DNA of 64,000 nucleotides from Macrostomum lignano (Eukaryota), in contig NIVC01000114.1 of assembly GCA_002269645.1 (NCBI GenBank), forward strand, positions 496,001-560,000, given 5' to 3'. The notes beneath the pieces are model-generated. The model did not search any database and was not told where the DNA came from. It saw only the letters and a list, made by a program, of their open reading frames with translations. Below, piece after piece: positions 1 through 13,000 of the stretch. Positions within the stretch are counted from its first letter, which is position 1; the number at the start of each line of letters is the position of its first letter. Both the position numbers and the translations under genes were made by a program.

Positions 1-2343
1 GCTCCTGTAGGATTCAACAACGAAGGCCCATTGGCGTGATGCGGCCGGGCCATTGTTGGCACCCCGATCCAGCTGGGGTGACGACCGCCATTGGTGAGAA
101 TTGAGTCACCACTGCCTGTCGAAGCTGACGCTTGCTCAATGTTCACCGATGCTTGAGACTCGGCTCCAAGTGATGACTGACCAGCAGAGGTGGCGGAGCC
201 TACCGGGGACGGCAGCTCTGAATTTGGCGAAGTCTTTTTGAATGCAAAGCCAAGGCGACAGAATAGCGAGATGGCCGTCTTTACCTGAGGTTGTTAGAGA
301 GTGGGGTGAAAATGAGTTGGTGGATGCTTGCGAGCGTACTTGGCCAAAAAAGCGAGTGTATAGTTCAGCAGAAAATGGGGCGCTTGGCTGGCGGAGAATG
401 GATTGGTGGGTGCTTGGCTGGCGGAGAAAGGATTGGTGGGTGTTGGCTGGCGGAGAATCGGGTGGTGGGTGTTGGCTGGCAGATAATCGGGTGGTGGGCA
501 TTAGCTGGCCGAAAATGGGATGGTGGGTGCTTGGCTGGCCGAGAATGGGATGGTGGGTGCTTGGCTGGCGGTGAATGGGGTGGTGGGTGCTTGGCTGGCG
601 GAGAATGGGATGGTGGGTACTTGGCTGGCGGAGAATGGGGTGGTGGGTGCTTGGCTGGCGGAGAATGGGGTGGTGGGTGCTTGGCTGGCGGAGAATGGGG
701 TGGTGGGTGCTTGGCTGGCGGAGAATGGGATGGTGGGTGCTTGGCTGGCGGAGAATGGGATGGTGGGTGCTTGGCTGGCGGAGAATGGGGTGGTGGGTGC
801 TTGGCTGGCGGTGAATGGGGTGGTGGGTGCTTGGCTGGCGGAGAATGGGGTGGTGGGTGCTTGGCTGGCGGTGAATGGGATGGTGGGTGCTTGGCTGGCG
901 GAGAATGGGGTGGTGGGTGCTTGGCTGGCGGTGAATGGGGTGGTGGGTGCTTGGCTGGCGGAGAATGGGGTGGTGGGGTGGTTGGCACCGTGGCGGTTAT
1001 TTTACAAGCAAATAATAAAATAATAATCAAGCATCCAACCATGCTGAGATCAGCCTGAAGCACACTAGCCAGCTCCTTAATAGTGGTATGCTCGTCAATT
1101 GATATGAAAATCTTATAGAGCAGATTTTCAAACGAGTCACCAATTACTCGATTCATCACGAAGCCTTCTAGTGTGGGCACAACAATGCAATCTTCATCGG
1201 CAATTGGTATGTCTAAATAGACGAAACCTTTCAGGTAGAGCGACTTAAGCAGGTGATAATCAACTGTTCCAGCAACGATTGGGCCGCCGTTTCGATCGAT
1301 CAGGCTGTCAATCAGGCGCCGCTCGATGGGAGTGCACACCTGGATGTTTTGATTGGGGATGATCTTTGTATTAGTGGGGTAGTTAAAGCTTCTCAGGTAG
1401 TAATGGATGGTTTAAAATTGACTTGTTTAGGGGCTATCTGAGAATTCATAAACTATTATAGTCCAGTGGTGATTCTTTCAGGATTATTATAGTTCAAAGG
1501 CGATTGTCAGATGATTGTAATTTAGGGGCGATTCTTACATGGTTTTCAAAGTTCAGGGGCGATTCTTAGATGATTGTTATAGTTTAGGGGCGATTCTTAG
1601 ATGGTAGTTATAGTTTAGGGGGGATTCTTAGATGATAGTTATAGTTCAAGGGAGATTCTTAAATGGTTGTCGTAGTTCAGGGGCGATTCTATTTAAGCGC
1701 TTACTAATCCTATTATTCAGTGCTGATTGTTTGACATGAACAAAAAACTCAGAACGCTCACCTGAATAGCATCATTAGGCACGTATCCCACATGCACCAG
1801 CCACCAAGGCTGTATGACCACATCCTCAATAGGCTGATGCGGTAGGAAATCCCTCACACGCCTCTTACGAATCTCTAATCCCAGAATTCTTCTACTCGAT
1901 CGAGTCTGATTCATCACCTCGATGTACTGATTGCGACCAATGCCAAGGATTCTGACACAATCAGCCGCTGTGAAATTTGGCAAGCAATCGTAACTGCGCT
2001 CCAGATTCATGATAGACTCAACCATGTCTGTGTAATAATGATATGGCGTAACGCCAAGGCCTCTGGCTATCTTAGCTTGCAGATGATAAGGATAGAGCAA
2101 CAGGTGTTCACGGCTGTAAGCCACCAAATCTTCGTAATACTGTCGTTCCGACCGCTTCAACAGGCGCTTACTGTAAGCTCCTATCTGGTGATCTTCAAAT
2201 TTTAACTGGTTGCGCAAACCGAACTGATAAATTGCATTGGCGAATTCGCGTTCTCCACCGAGTTGTTGCTTAGCTGAGGAAGGCAACCGGTTCCAGGTGT
2301 AGCCCTGGCGAAGATAGTTCTCCAGCTCTTCACCTGGGCGCAT
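1..2343 (-). CDS. FAM91A1: FAM91A1 orthologue (WDR11-complex subunit), 5' part; runs off the window start
   Basis: Exons 2343-1762 (MRPGEE...NDAIQ, donor CAG|gtgagc), 1339-1040 (VCTPIE...DLSM, donor ATG|gttgga) and 284-<1 (acceptor cctcag|VKTAISLFCRLGFAFKK). All joins are phase 0. Motifs LLYPYHL, SYDCLPNFTAADCVRILGIGRNQYI, VPTLEGFVMNRV and LLYKIFISIDEHTT match FAM91A1 as recalled. Confidence 0.95.
370..975. repeat. 30-bp G-rich minisatellite filling FAM91A1 intron 2
   Basis: Unit gagaatgggRtggtgggtgcttggctggcg repeated about 20 times. It generates the spurious GGCLAGGEW and SPPAKHPPPH ORFs. Confidence 0.97.
1450..1692. repeat. Degenerate ~31-bp minisatellite in FAM91A1 intron 1
   Basis: Recurring ttcaggggcgattcttagatgattgttatag-like units. 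Confidence 0.8.
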
Positions 2344-2504
2344 TGCTGTGCTGTTGAATATTATTAATTGATTTTTTAATATTGTGCGATTATTCACCAA
2401 TTGTTCTTAACATGCATAAGAATTAGAATGTTCAGATAACGTTTTTTGTGAGTTCGTTTCCTATAGAATTCATTAGATGAATATTTTTAGGTTCAAGTTT
2501 TTAA

Positions 2505-3010
2505 GCGGAATTCCTCAGGTAGCTTTGAAAGCTCAAGGGGAATTCCTCAGGTGGCTTTGAAAGCTCAAGGGGAATTCCTCAGGTGGCTCTGAGATCTCAA
2601 GGGGAATTCCTCAGGTAGCTCTGAAATCTCAAGGGAAATTCCTCAGGTGGCTCTGAGATCTCAAGGGGAATTCCTCAAGTGGTTATGAAAGCTCAAGGCG
2701 AATTCCTCAGGTAGCTCTGAAATCTTAAGGGGAATTCCTCAGGTAGCTCTGAAATCTCAAGGGAAATTCCTCAGGTGGCTCTGAGATCTCAAGGGGAATT
2801 CCTCAAGTGGTTATGAAAGCTCAAGGCGAATTCCTCAGGTAGCTCTGAAATCTTAAGGGGAATTCCTCAGGTAGCTCTGAAATCTCAAGGGAAATTCCTC
2901 AGGTGGCTCTGAGATCTCAAGGGGAATTCCTCAGGTGCCTCTGAAATCTCAAGGGGAATTCCTCAGGTGGCTCTGAGATCTCAAGGGGAATTCCTCAGGT
3001 GGCTCTGAGG
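2505..3010. repeat. 32-bp minisatellite upstream of the FAM91A1 start
   Basis: Unit ggggaattcctcaggtggctctgagatctcaa. Successive ggaattcctcagg motifs are 32 bp apart (2507, 2539...). Confidence 0.95.
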
Positions 3011-3582
3011 GCTCAATGAAAACATACTACGAAAAAAATTCCATAAGCTGCTTAAGCTGCTATGAAGTTACTAAATCCAATAGCTTTAAAAGATAAAGCT
3101 GGCAAGACACGAACATTAAACTGACAGACAACAGCACTGCACTGATTTGAAAATTATATTCATAAATCAAGCAATTCATTACATTGATTTCGCAGAGGGA
3201 ATGTGATTAAATTTCAACAAATAATAAATACAAAGGCAATTTAATAATTTAAAAAGGAGAAAATTTCATATTTAAGATGTGATCGACAATTACAAAAAAT
3301 TACAAAAAATCTCAGTAAATTGAGTAAATTTCAAACTGACGCCTAATTATAGCAATGCTACAGTTTCGGTGTAAATCCGTCTGTCAAGCTACATAAAGTT
3401 AAGAGAAAAGCACTTTTAATTTCAAAGAATTTGGACGGAAACTAAAATAATGCAGCTAGCATATGCGCATGTACTACCACATGTATTGGGAAAAATTAGC
3501 ACAGCTGCTAACAATTAATAGGAGTGTGTGACCGCTTAGTTTAGAGTGTACTGCTTAGGCTAGGCTAGAGAGAGAGGGGGAG

Positions 3583-3639
3583 AGACAGACAGACAGACAG
3601 ATAGACAGACAGACAGACAGACAATCAGACAGGCAGGCC

Positions 3640-3700
<61 letters not shown>

Positions 3701-3740
3701 TCAGACAGACAGACAGACAGACAGAGAGAGACAGACAATC

Positions 3741-3774
<34 letters not shown>

Positions 3775-3825
3775 TCAGACAGACAGACAGACAGACAGAC
3801 AGTCAGACAGGAGAGACAGACAACG

Positions 3826-3878
<53 letters not shown>

Positions 3879-3913
3879 GTCAGACAGAGAGAGACAATCA
3901 GACAGACAGACAG
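3583..3913. repeat. (GACA)n microsatellite
   Basis: Imperfect tetranucleotide run; source of the SVCL ORF. Confidence 0.97.
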
Positions 3914-4099
3914 ATACCATAAATAAGAAAAATCTGTACAAAGAATAGAAACAGATCTGAAAAACCGAACTTCCAAATCAGCAGTTTAGTATAACAAGCA
4001 CACAAATAGAATATTCCGACCAGCAGCAGGTATTGCATAATAAACAAATGAATTATCAACTGATTGGAGCACACTACTATCAGTAGTTCAACTAATCAG

Positions 4100-7000
4100 T
4101 TAGCACTCAGCCAGCGCAGCGAGAATCTCCTGCACCAGATTTCTCACCCCAGCATCGGCTGCATTGTCAGCCCGGCTAGACGTGTCCATCAGCGCCGATC
4201 TGAGCAGCTCCAAACCTGAGGCTGACTCAGCGCTGAGCAGTCCCGGAGCCAGCTGGTTAGCCGCGGCCGATGTGGCAGCGAATCGTTTTAAAATGCGCAG
4301 CACAATCCTGACTCGCTTCTGCACACCGCTCTGCAGGGCTCTGTAAATTCATTTTGTTTTTGATTTGGGATTCTGAGACATCATCGATTTGGGATTCTGA
4401 CTCTGAGACTATCGATTTGGGATTTTGGGACTATCGCTTTGGGATTCTGAGACTTGGGATTTTGGCACTATCGATTTGGGATTCTGAGACTATCAATTTG
4501 GGATTCTGAGACACCATTGATTTGGGATTCTGAGACATCATCGATTTGGGATTCTGACTCTGAGACTATCAATTTGGGATTTTGGGACTATCGCTTTGGG
4601 ATTCTGAGACTTGGGATTTTGGCACTATCGATTTGGGATTCTGAGACTATCGATTTGGGATTCTGAGACACCATTGATTTGGGATTCTGAGACACCATTG
4701 ATTTGGGATTCTGAGACACCATTGATTTGGGATTCTGAGACACCATTGATTTGGGATTCTGAGACACCATTGATTTGGGATTCTGAGACTGTCGATTTGG
4801 GATTCTGAGACTTTAAATTTGGGATTCTGAGACACCATTGATTTGAGATTCTGAGACACCATCGATTTGGGATTCTGAGACTATCGATTTGGGATTCTGA
4901 GACTATCAATTTGGGATTCTGAGACTATCGATTTGGGATTCTGAGACTATCGATTTGGGATTCTGAGACTATCGATTTGGGATTCTGACACCCCATCGAT
5001 TTGGGATTCTGATACCCCATCGATTTGGGATTCTGATACCCCATCGATTTGGGATTCTGACACCCCATCGATTTGGGATTCTGAGACTATCGATTTGGGA
5101 TTCTGACACCCCATCGATTTGGGATTCTGATACCCCATCGATTTGGGATTCTGACACCCCATCGATTTGGGATTCTGACACCCCATCGATTTGGGATTCT
5201 GACACCCCATCGATTTGGGATTCTGACACCCCATCGATTTGGGATTCTGATACCCCATTGATATGGGATTCTGATACCCCATCGATTTGGGATTCTGACA
5301 CCCCATCGATTTGGGATTCTGATACCTCATAGATTTGGGATTCTGATACCTCATCCCTTTGGGATTCTGATACCTCATCGATTTGGGATTCTGATACCTC
5401 ATCGATTTGGGATTCTGATACCTCATAGATTTGAGATTCTGATACTTCCTATCAATTTGGGATTCTGAGAGACCATCGATTTGGGATTCTGAGACCACTG
5501 ATTTGGGAAAAGCAAACCTTGAGAAACCATCCAGACACTCCGGTCCCAGCCAGTCGCAATGCTCGCCACCAAACAGGGAAGCCAGATGCGACAGAGCTTT
5601 CAAGGACTGCTCGTCCACTTCGGGGTCCTCGTGACAGAGCAGCCGGACTAGAGGCCCGGTCAGGTCAGCTAGAGGTCGGACTGTCACCAACAGCCGTTCA
5701 GCCTCAGCGGCGCAAGACTCCGATGACAGAGTCGAATTCACCGTAGCATTGTTAGCAGTGTTGCCTTGGTTACCAGCGGTGTTATTGTTCATTGTTCGAC
5801 GAAGTTGCAATGCTCGGCGAGCAACGTCGGACACGACTCTGAGACAGGCGTTGACGGGGTCAAGGACCGCTTGTAGGTGAGTGGCCGATTCTAGCGCGGC
5901 TGCGGGGTCCATGGCCGGGGCTGTGGCGGCTGATGCCAGCTCGGTGAAGCAGGTACCCAGGGCTGGCACACTGTCTGGCAGCAGAGCGCTGGCAGCTTTG
6001 GAGTCGCGTTGGCTGAGTAGAATCTGGTTGGATGTTTATGCGCAAACAATGTACTTTTGGAGTTACTTTCAGTAGAATTTTAGCATTTTTTATTAAGTTC
6101 AAAGCTGAAATATAAGAGCAGTCCGGCAACAGCATAGCAACCAGTAAGCTACAACATAGCATCCAGTAAGCTACAACATAGCAACCAGAAAGCTACAACA
6201 TAGCAACCAGTAAGCTACAACATAGCAACCAGTTAGCTACATTATAGCAACCAGTTAGCTGCACCATAGCAACCAGTAAGCTACAACATAGCATCCAGTA
6301 AGCTACAACATAGCAACCAGAAAGCTACAACATAGCAACCAGTAAGCTACAACATAGCAACCAGTTAGCTACATTATAGCAACCAGTTAGCTGCACCATA
6401 GCAACCAGTGTAGCTACATTATAGCAACCAGTTAGCTACAACATAGCAACCAGTTAGCTACAACATAGCAACCAGTTAGCTACACCATAGCAACCAGTTA
6501 GCTACATCATAGAAACCAGTTGGCTACACCATAGCAACCAGTTAGCTACACCATAGAAACCAGTTGGCTACACCATAGCAACCAGTTGGCTACACCATAG
6601 CAACCAGTTAGCTACACCATAGCAACCAGTAAGCTACACCATAGCAACCAGTTAGCTACACCGTAGAAACCAGTTAGCTACACCATAGCAACCAGTTAGC
6701 TACACCATAGCAACCAGTTAGCTACACCATAGCAACCAGTTAGCTACAACATAGCAACCAGTTAGCTACACCATAGCAACCAGTGTAGCTACACCATAGC
6801 AACCAGTTAGCTACACCATAGCAACCAGTTAGATACACCATAGCAACCAGTTAGATACACCATAGCAACCAGTTAGATACACCATAGCAACCAGTTAGAT
6901 ACACCATAGCAACCAGTTAGATACAACATAGCATCCAGTAAGCTACAACATAGCAACCAGAAAGCTACAACATAGCAACCAGTAAGCTACAACATAGCAA

Positions 7001-10000
7001 CCAGTTAGCTACATTATAGCAACCAGTTAGCTGCACCATAGCAACCAGTGTAGCTACATTATAGCAACCAGTGTAGCTACACCATAGCAACCAGTTAGCT
7101 ACACCATAGCAACCAGTTAGATACACCATAGCAACCAGTTAGATACACCATAGCAACCAGTTAGATACACCATAGCAACCAGTTAGATACACCATAGCAA
7201 CCAGATAATCAATCAATAAACCAACCGTGATAAGTCGAAACGAATTCAAAGCGGTTTGAGACGTGAAGCCAAACTGTCTATCAGCCAGCAGCTGCAACAG
7301 CAACTGGGGCAGACCTGCAAGCTGAACAATGGCGGCCGCTGACGCTTTCGCCTCGCAATAGCTGCCAAGTAGCTTTAATAGAAAGCAGGGAGCCGGCTCG
7401 GCCTCGAGCAGAAGGGACTCGGACTGAGGAATGATCAAGTCGTCTATCGCAGCTGCGACCGATTCCGATTCGATATCTTGGGCGAGCAGGTGGCAGCACA
7501 TTTCGGCGAATATTTTCATGGCGACCACCTGGGGAAGTGGAACAGCAGGGTGTGTGGATGTGACACAGAAATCTGGCAATTATAAAATATGAAAGTACAA
7601 ATTCTACTTTATAAGTGACATTGTTACTATTTATGACAGGCATTTTTTAAAGGGGTGGAAGCTTTATAAGAAAGAGGGTGGAAGCTTTATAAGGAAGAGG
7701 GTGGAAGCTTCATGAGGAGGGGGCGGAAGCTTCATGAGGAGGGGGCGGAAGCTTCATGGGGAGGGGGCGGAAGCTTCATGAGGAGGGGGCGGAAGCTTCA
7801 TGAGGAAGACAGCGGAAGCTTCATGAGGGGGCGGAAGATTCATAAGGAGAGGGCGGAAGCTTCATGAGGGGATGAAGGTTTAGAGGAAGGAGGCGGAAAG
7901 TTTAATGGGGATGGGGCGGAAGCTTCATGAGAGGGGGCGGAAGCTTCATGAGAGGGGGCGGAAGCTTTATGAGGGGATGAAGCTTCATAGCAAGGGGGAT
8001 GAAGCTTTATGGAAAGGGGCGGAAGCTTCATAGGAAGGGGCGGAGGCTTCATAGGAAGGGGGCGGAAGCTTCATAGGAAGGGGGCGGAAGCTTCATAGGA
8101 AGGGGGCGGAAGCTTCATGGGGAGGGGGCGGAAGCTTGATGGGAGGGGGCGGAAGCTTCAATGAGGCAGCAGCAGAAGAAGCTCACCCTAGTCTCAACAA
8201 CACTGCTGCCAATGAGACCGCCCAGCGGTGGCAACAGTTGCTTAGCAACCAATTCGCCGCAGCCAACCAGCAAGTTGGGATGCAGCACCAGAGATTCTGC
8301 GATAGTCAAAGCGGTAGTGATGATTTCTTCGTGGCTCACAGCCGGTTCAACAACAGTCTTGTGACAGTCCAGTGCCTGACAGTGGCTGAGCAGCTGGCCA
8401 AGAAATGACAGAAACGGAGCCTGAACGATGCGGGACCGCAGAGCCGGAGACCCCGATAGCTGGGCCAGCACCGACGTCAGGGGTAACCACTGGCGCAGCT
8501 GTTTTGCCTGCATCATTTTTCAGAATCGTTAGAAAAGGTTATTTCGATACATATCGGTAGCCTAGCTAATCTTAGTTAGGCAGCATATCCTAGATATAAA
8601 TTTAGGAAATATATACATTTCGATACATATCGGTAGTTCAGCTAATCTTAGGCAACATATCCTAGATATGTGTTGAGGAAACGAGTTAACGACTAAACGA
8701 GTTTAAATCTAAGTAACATTAATTTATAAATTTCGATACATATCGGTAGTGCTAGCTAAGCTAGAGCGAAAACGGGTGAAGCATTAAATTTTGAATTTGG
8801 AATCTCTAATATGTTCCATTCATATCAGTAGTATAATAAGCCACTGTGGAATACTTTCAAATAATGTAGAGTTTTTTATGTACGTATTTCTGCATTTCGA
8901 TACATATCGGGATAAGCAACTACTGTACACAGATATGGAGCTATTGCGCGGCGCATCTGAAGGCTGCGTACGGCTGTTTAGTCCAAGGACTGGGGGGTTG
9001 CCACACACCCTCAATTATCCCAGCTAATGCTGGCACCCATTTTACAGCTGGGTGGACTGAAGCAATGCAGAGTTAAGCGCCTTGCTCAAGGACACAAATT
9101 ATTCTGAGTGGGATCGGGAATCGAACCCCCGACCTTTCAATCATGAGTCAGACGCGCTAACCACTAGGCTACAACCCCTTATTGGATGGGTACAGATCGT
9201 GGCTGGGTTACCCAGAGCAAAAACAACTTAAAACAATTTATTATTTAACAAACAACTTTCGATACATATCGGATAGACAATAATTGTCAAATTTACCTGA
9301 GCATTAGATGGATGCTTTCTACCAGCTACAGCGTCCAACGCAGCGAGAATTTGATCGGTCACGCCGGGCACGCAGGCGCACAGGGTGCCAACCAGTAGGT
9401 CCAGGCAGTGGTACAGGTGCGCCTGCAGCTCCACCCCTGCTGCGCCTCTACCAGCCCCTGGCGTGTCCCGCCTCGAGTCCCGTTCAACGTACACCAACAG
9501 CCGGAGATTGCAGCAGACATTCAACGAATCTGGCGAATTTCGAACTACCGAATCGACTATTAGAAACGCTTTGGCTCGGTTCAACGGATTCGGACTCTCC
9601 AGCTGTTTGAGCACCGAGTGCAGGAAGTCTCGATCCTGGGACAGCTTCTTGCTGAATGGAGCGGTAGGACTGCAGATCAGACTGGCACCCAGCATGCTCA
9701 GCACCGACTGTTGCACTCTGGTCAGACTGGACGGTGCATTCAAGCAGTCCAGCACGCTGGATAGTCCAGCTTTATCAACTACTGATTGACAGATGGCGGG
9801 ACTGATGCGGCACATGCGGCTGAGACTGACAGCTGCACAGATTCGCAGGCTGTCCAGGGTAGCCAGGCGAAGGGTGGACCAGACCAGCTGGCCCAGCTCC
9901 TGGCTGCTGAAACGGGCGGCGTGCTGAGTGTCCTGGTAGCCGCATACCTGCCATGTGGGGGAGCGGCGCGGTTGTCTAATACGGCTAATGGAGCTGGTTA

Positions 10001-13000
10001 GAGGAGCCTGATTGTACTGATTGGAAGTTAAAAATTATAGAGGCGGAAGCTTCATACTAGTAGCAGGGGCGGAAATTGTATACTAGTAGTAGGGGGCGGA
10101 AATTGTATACTAGTAGTAGGGGGCGGGAATTTTATACTAGTAGTAGGGGGAAGAAATTGTATACTAGTAGTAAGGGGCGGGAATTTTATGCTAGTAGTAG
10201 GGGCGGAAATTGTATACTAGTAGTAGGGGGCGGAAATTGTATACTAGTAGTAGGGGGCGGAAATTGTATACTACTAGTAGGGGGCGGGAATTTTATACTA
10301 GTAGTAGGGGGAAGAAATTGTATACTAGTAGTAAGGGGCGGGAATTTTATGCTAGTAGTAGGGGCGGAAATTGTATACTAGTAGTAGGCGGCGGAAATTA
10401 TATACTAGTAGTAGGGGGCGGGAATTTTATACTAGTAGTAGGGGGAAGAAATTGTATACTAGTAGTAGGGGGGGAAGAAATTGTATACTAGTAGTAGGGG
10501 GCGGGAATTTTATGCTAGTAGTAGGGGGCGGAAATTGTATACTAGTAGTAGGGGGCGGAAATTGTATACTAGTAGTAGGGGGCGGAAATTGTATACTAGT
10601 AGCAGGGGGCGGAAATTGTATACTAGTAGTAGGGGGCGGAAATTGTATACTAGTAGTAGGGGGCGGAAATTGTATACTAGTAGTAGGGGGCGGAAATTGT
10701 ATACTAGTAGTAAGGGGCGGAAATTGTATACTAGTAGTAGGGGCGGAAATTGTATACTAGTAGTAGGGGGCGGAAATTGTATACTAGTAGTAGGAGGCGG
10801 AAATTGTATACTAGTAGTAGGGACCGGGAATAGTATACTAGTAGTAGGGGCGGAAATTGTATACTAGTAGTAGGGACCGGGAATAGTATACTAGTAATAG
10901 GGGGCGGAAATTGTATACTAGTAGGCGGCGGAAATTGTATACTAGTAGTAGGGAGCGGATATTGTATACTAGTAGTAGGGGGCGGGAATTTTATACTAGT
11001 GGTAGGGGGCGGAAATTGTATACTAGTAGTAGGGGGCGGAAATTTTATACTAGTGGTAGGGGGGCGGAAATTGTATACTAGTGGTAGGGGGCGGAAATTG
11101 TATACTAGTAGTAGGGGGCGGAAATTTTATACTAGTGGTAGGGGGGCGGAAATTGTATACTAGTGGTAGGGGGCGGAAGCTTCATATCAATAGGGGAGGC
11201 GGAAGGTTCATGATAGTAACGGGTGGCGGCTAAGGGTGGAAACTTAAACTTAAATACCTAGCACAGAAGCCGCTTACCTTCTCAATAATCTTGCAAGCCA
11301 GGTGACTAGTAACGACCTCTTCGCTGCTATGCAAGCACCGGGACACCTGATTGACAGTCATAGCTGGCACAATCCATTTAGCCACTTGCTTGCCCAGAGC
11401 GGACTCTCCAGCTGAGATAGCAACCAGCAGTTCCCCCAGAGCGGCCAGAAACGCCTGTTTGAGTTTAGTGTTGCGAAATTGTTCTCTCAGCATCTCAGTG
11501 AGCTGGGTGGCTGACTCTCCCAGAGGCCAGGTCTCGCACGATGCCGAAGGATGCTGCAGCTTTGATGATGGAGTCGCTGAAGCTGGGGTAGCGGAGGCTA
11601 GCAGAGGGGCCGCCAAGCGGAACAGGTGGGCCAGCAGGCGGCAGAGGCGCAGCTTCAGATCAGCGTGGGTGGTTTCTCGGATCTGCGAGGGGTTGAGATG
11701 GGGGATTGGTGCGTTTTTAGGTGGTAGGCTGCTGACTGCTGCATTGGAGAAAAACAACAATCAGAGAGGCGGAAGATAGGGGAGAATCAAAGATGGAAGC
11801 ATCACAGATAGGGAAGCAATAAAGATAGGGAAGCATCACAGATAGGGAAGCAATAAAGATAGGGAAGCATCACAGATAGGGAAGCAATAAAGATAGGGAA
11901 GCATCAAAGATAGGGAAGCAAAAAAGATAGGGAAGCATCACAGATAGGGAAGCAATAAAGATAGGAAAGCATCAATGATGGAAGCATCAAAGATAGGGAA
12001 GCATCAAAGATAGGGAAGCATCAAAGATAGGGAAGCATCAAATACATGGAAGCGTCAGAGACAGGGAAGCATCAAATACATGGAAGCGTCAGAGACAGGG
12101 AAGCATTAAAGACATGGAAGCATCAAAGACATGGAAGCATCAAAGACATGGAAGCATCAAAGACATGGAAGCATCAAAGACATGGAAGCATCAAATACAT
12201 GGAAGCATCAAATACATGGAAGCGTCAGAGACAGGGAAGCATCAAAGACATGGAAGCATCAAAGACATGGAAGCATCAAAGACATGGAAGCATCAAATAC
12301 ATAAAAAGCATCAAATACATGGAAGCATCAAAGGCATGGAAGCATCAAATACATGGAAGCGTCAGAGACAGGGAAGCATCAAATATATGGAAGCGTCAGA
12401 GACAGGGAAGTATCAAAGGCAGGAGAGCATCAAAGAGAGGAGGGGTTGTAGCCTAGCGGTTAGAGCGTCGGACTCACAACTTAAAGGTCGGGGGTTCGAT
12501 TCCCGATCCCACTGGAACAATTTGTGTCCTTGAGCAAGGCACCAAACTCTGCATTGCTTCAGTTCACCCAGCTGTAAAATGGGAGCCAGCATTAGCTGGG
12601 GTAATTGAGGGTGTGTGGCGACCCCCCAGTCCTTGGACTGAACAGCCGTACGCAGCTTTCAGATGCGCCGCGCAATAGCTGCGGCTGAGCTGTCGGTTGC
12701 ACATCTGCCCATTAGGACAGGTGTAATCAATTATTATTGCTATCAAACAGAGGGAAATCAGACCCCTGGAAGCATCAAACAGGCAGAATGAAAGCAGCAC
12801 CTGATCTCACCTGCTTCAACAAGTCGTTAGCAACAGTACCAGACGCCAGGAGAGGCCGGGCCAGCTCTGCCGGCGTGGTGGCGGTCGCAGAGAACACCGA
12901 CACAGCATAGGACACCAGGTTGATTCGCTTCTGAGACGGCGGTCCCCTCTCGGAGCCGCTGCTGGCGAAGGCCTGCGCCAGGACGCCAGCATGGCGGGCC

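Noticed and set aside
12442-12520. tRNA gene-like sequences (also ~9100-9178, 56178 and 57940)
   Set aside because: These are SINE heads: anticodon regions vary between copies, no proper acceptor stem was seen, and all continue into a shared non-tRNA body.
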